A program made the translations under genes and the position numbers. A model generated the notes under the pieces. That model did not search any database. It was not told the origin of the DNA and worked only from the letters and a program-made list of their open reading frames with translations. Source: Longimicrobiales bacterium (GTDB lineage: Bacteria; Gemmatimonadota; Gemmatimonadetes; Longimicrobiales; RSA9). Taken from it: a stretch of 64,000 bases of DNA. The DNA is taken from contig DATHUY010000004.1 of assembly GCA_035461765.1 (NCBI GenBank), positions 18,368 to 82,367 on the forward strand, given 5' to 3'. Positions 62,140 through 64,000 of the stretch are shown piece by piece; position 1 is the stretch's first letter, and each line of letters starts with the position of its first letter.

Positions 62140-62604
62140 ATGACGGACGCAGCGATGAAGTACATTCCCAGGGCGCTCCTTCGGCGCCGGCGAAAGCCAT
62201 TCCTGATCTGGGCAGCGCCACCCTTCCTGGTGTGCCATGCGCTCGTCACCACGGCCTTCGCGTTTCTGGTTGCAATCGAGAGCGGCAGCGGCTCGATCAT
62301 CGTTGCTGACGAAGCGATTTCGCAGCCGGGCGCCCTGTTGCTCGTGGTGCCGCTCCTGGTTGCGGACGCCGCACTTGTTCTCGCGCTGGCCCATGGTCTC
62401 CTCGAGGAGCGAACCTGGGCTCGGCCACTCGCATGCCTGGGATTGCCGATATCCCATGTGGTCACACTCTTTGCTCTCGCAGGATCCCGCCTCTGGATCC
62501 TTGTCACGGACAGCGTCCCTGTTCTGGTCATGATGTCTGCGTGCGCGTGGTACTTCTACCGTTATGCCCCTGTCCGCGACTACTACCGGCGCCTGGCGTC
62601 ATGA
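62140..62604 (+). CDS. four-TM membrane protein, unknown function
   Basis: 154-aa ORF with 4 hydrophobic helices, in the same lower-GC block as the two upstream genes. Confidence 0.5.
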   Translation: MTDAAMKYIPRALLRRRRKPFLIWAAPPFLVCHALVTTAFAFLVAIESGSGSIIVADEAISQPGALLLVVPLLVADAALVLALAHGLLEERTWARPLACLGLPISHVVTLFALAGSRLWILVTDSVPVLVMMSACAWYFYRYAPVRDYYRRLAS

Positions 62605-62677
62605 TCACGCCGTAGCAATCGCGCGCAGCGCAGTCTGCTCGTATCTTGAGCAGCAGCTCCGTCACCGGAGGTGAATC

Positions 62678-64000
62678 ATGACGCTCCCCATCCCGTCGAT
62701 CACCCTCGTTTCGATCATCCTGCTCGTCGCACTCGCCGCGTGCGACAGCGGTCAGGGTGCCGTGACCGACCCGCCTGATGACGAATGCAGTCCCGACACG
62801 GCAGACGCATGCGAACCGCCACCCGTGGCAGCGTGCGCTCCGCAGCAGGTGCCGCAGGGCAGGAGCTGCGTTCGCTGGACGCCTGCGGATGGCGCTCGGC
62901 TGGTGAACGCGGCCGATACATTCGACATCCTCGTGATCGACGCCGGAACGGAAGTACGCGCGGCGGCAGGCGTGCGGCTCGTTGCGTCACAGCTCCACGT
63001 CAACGGTACGGCGGCCGCTCCGGTGCGCTTCCTCCCGCTGACTGAGGGCGTGCGTTGGGGCGGCATCGAAACCCCCGGCTACGGCGCGGACACCTCGACC
63101 ATCCGCTACGCCCGCATCGAGACTGCCGAACACGGGGTCGTCGCGACCGCGCCGGCCCTCATCGAGAACACCCACGTCAAGGATGTAACGGGTGTGGGCG
63201 TCGTTCTGCATGGCGGCCACCTGATCCGGAGCGTAATCGAAGGCGCGCAGGACGCCGGCGTTGCGATCGGCAGCAACAGCCACGCGAGACTGAGCGATAC
63301 GGATGTGCGGGGCTCCGGCGACGGCATCAGGGTGCTGTGCGTGCGCTGCCGCCTCTTCATCGGCGGCGGCAGCATCGACAACAATGCCGGCGACGGTGTG
63401 CGCACGGCGTTCGGCGACATGCGGAGCGGCACGGTCTTCTTCGAATCGCCCGTGCGCATTACCGGGAACGCGGGCTATCCGCTGGTCGTGCCGCTCACAT
63501 CCATGCGCGGCGTGATGAACGAAGTCGCTGCGCGCAATAATCTGCTCGGCAACGGGCGCGACACCGTCATAGCGTACGCAGGGAGTACATGGGGCGCCCA
63601 GTACGTGCCAGATGCAGAAGGCGACCTGACCATTGCCCGGGCGTTGCCGTTCCGCGTGACGCTGCCATGCCTCGCGGCGCTACCTCTGATGACCATGGAA
63701 GCCGGGGCGAGCCTGACCGTGGAGAGCTATGACTGCGGCGGTCCCTGGGGGGCATGGCCCGTACCGGTCAGTTACGGCACGCCGACGGAGCCGGTAACGA
63801 TAACAGGAATCAACGCCATGCTGGGTCTCGTTCGGCAGGGTGCGGATACAGTCTTCGTGCGCCACGCGCGATTCACGAACGTCCTGCTCCTTTCGGCGGA
63901 GACACCGGTGGTCATGGAAGACGTCGAGCTCGACTCGGCGTCGCTCGTTATCACTGCCGTCGGCTCACGCGTCACGCGCCTCAGCTCCATCGGCGGAGGG
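62678..64000 (+). CDS. lipoprotein with parallel beta-helix-like repeats (partial; runs off the right edge)
   Basis: Own translation from ATG 62678: MTLPIPSITLVSIILLVALAACDSGQG.. (lipobox). It then shows repetitive ..IENTHVKDVTGVGVVLHGGHLIRSVIEGAQDAGVAIGSNSHARLSDTDVRGSGDGIRV.. The frame is open to position 64000, which is why it is missing from the ORF track. Confidence 0.7.
   Translation, partial: MTLPIPSITLVSIILLVALAACDSGQGAVTDPPDDECSPDTADACEPPPVAACAPQQVPQGRSCVRWTPADGARLVNAADTFDILVIDAGTEVRAAAGVRLVASQLHVNGTAAAPVRFLPLTEGVRWGGIETPGYGADTSTIRYARIETAEHGVVATAPALIENTHVKDVTGVGVVLHGGHLIRSVIEGAQDAGVAIGSNSHARLSDTDVRGSGDGIRVLCVRCRLFIGGGSIDNNAGDGVRTAFGDMRSGTVFFESPVRITGNAGYPLVVPLTSMRGVMNEVAARNNLLGNGRDTVIAYAGSTWGAQYVPDAEGDLTIARALPFRVTLPCLAALPLMTMEAGASLTVESYDCGGPWGAWPVPVSYGTPTEPVTITGINAMLGLVRQGADTVFVRHARFTNVLLLSAETPVVMEDVELDSASLVITAVGSRVTRLSSIGGG

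Overview
This is a 64-kb, very GC-rich bacterial chromosomal segment with about 50 credible protein-coding genes on both strands. I found no rRNA, tRNA, CRISPR array, transposase or integrase. All calls rest on reading the sequence and ORF track by eye; no HMM, BLAST or folding computation was possible. The ORF track prints alternative starts (GTG confirmed) as M, so I re-checked start codons in the DNA where I could.

Gene content is mostly envelope, secreted-hydrolase and central metabolism:
- Peptidases and wall enzymes: L,D-transpeptidase, two S9 peptidases, an S8 subtilase, a tricorn-type S41 protease, gamma-glutamyltransferase, an Amidase_3 enzyme.
- Metabolism and transport: Tex, IlvE, an amidase, an SDR, an ActP-type symporter with its DUF4212 subunit, and a GltD-like flavoprotein::ferredoxin gene coupled to KorA/KorB.
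- Regulation and stress: a RES/Xre toxin-antitoxin pair, a REC-PAS-GGDEF-EAL protein, MscS, a YdbS/YdbT pair, and two large membrane TPR proteins (one with a BTAD head).
- The protein styles remind me of Gemmatimonadota-like soil bacteria, but that is only an impression.

Most interesting observations:
1. A tightly packed minus-strand operon at 14087-18902, with ATGA coupling at the 14911-14914 junction, encodes a free-standing C39-like Cys peptidase, a 1066-aa RimK-type ATP-grasp::GCS2 double-ligase fusion and a DDAH-fold enzyme. An M50 metalloprotease is divergent from it. This looks like a ribosome-independent peptide-building and trimming cassette of unknown product.
2. A dispersed family of long imperfect palindromes is built from 6-nt modules (GGGAGC/GGGATC/GTGTTC/GGGAAC). 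Copies fill the space between stop codons exactly. There are at least 5 canonical copies plus 2 variant forms.
3. A second roughly 75-nt hairpin family (GGCGGTGTCCACCCG...CGGGTGGACACCGCC) shows compensatory arm substitutions between copies.
4. Genome-scar features include a multicopper-oxidase C-terminal remnant cut off by a palindromic element. A 50-bp tandem duplication of a gene's 3' end lies next to a lower-GC block that carries a doubly frameshifted MarR-like gene.
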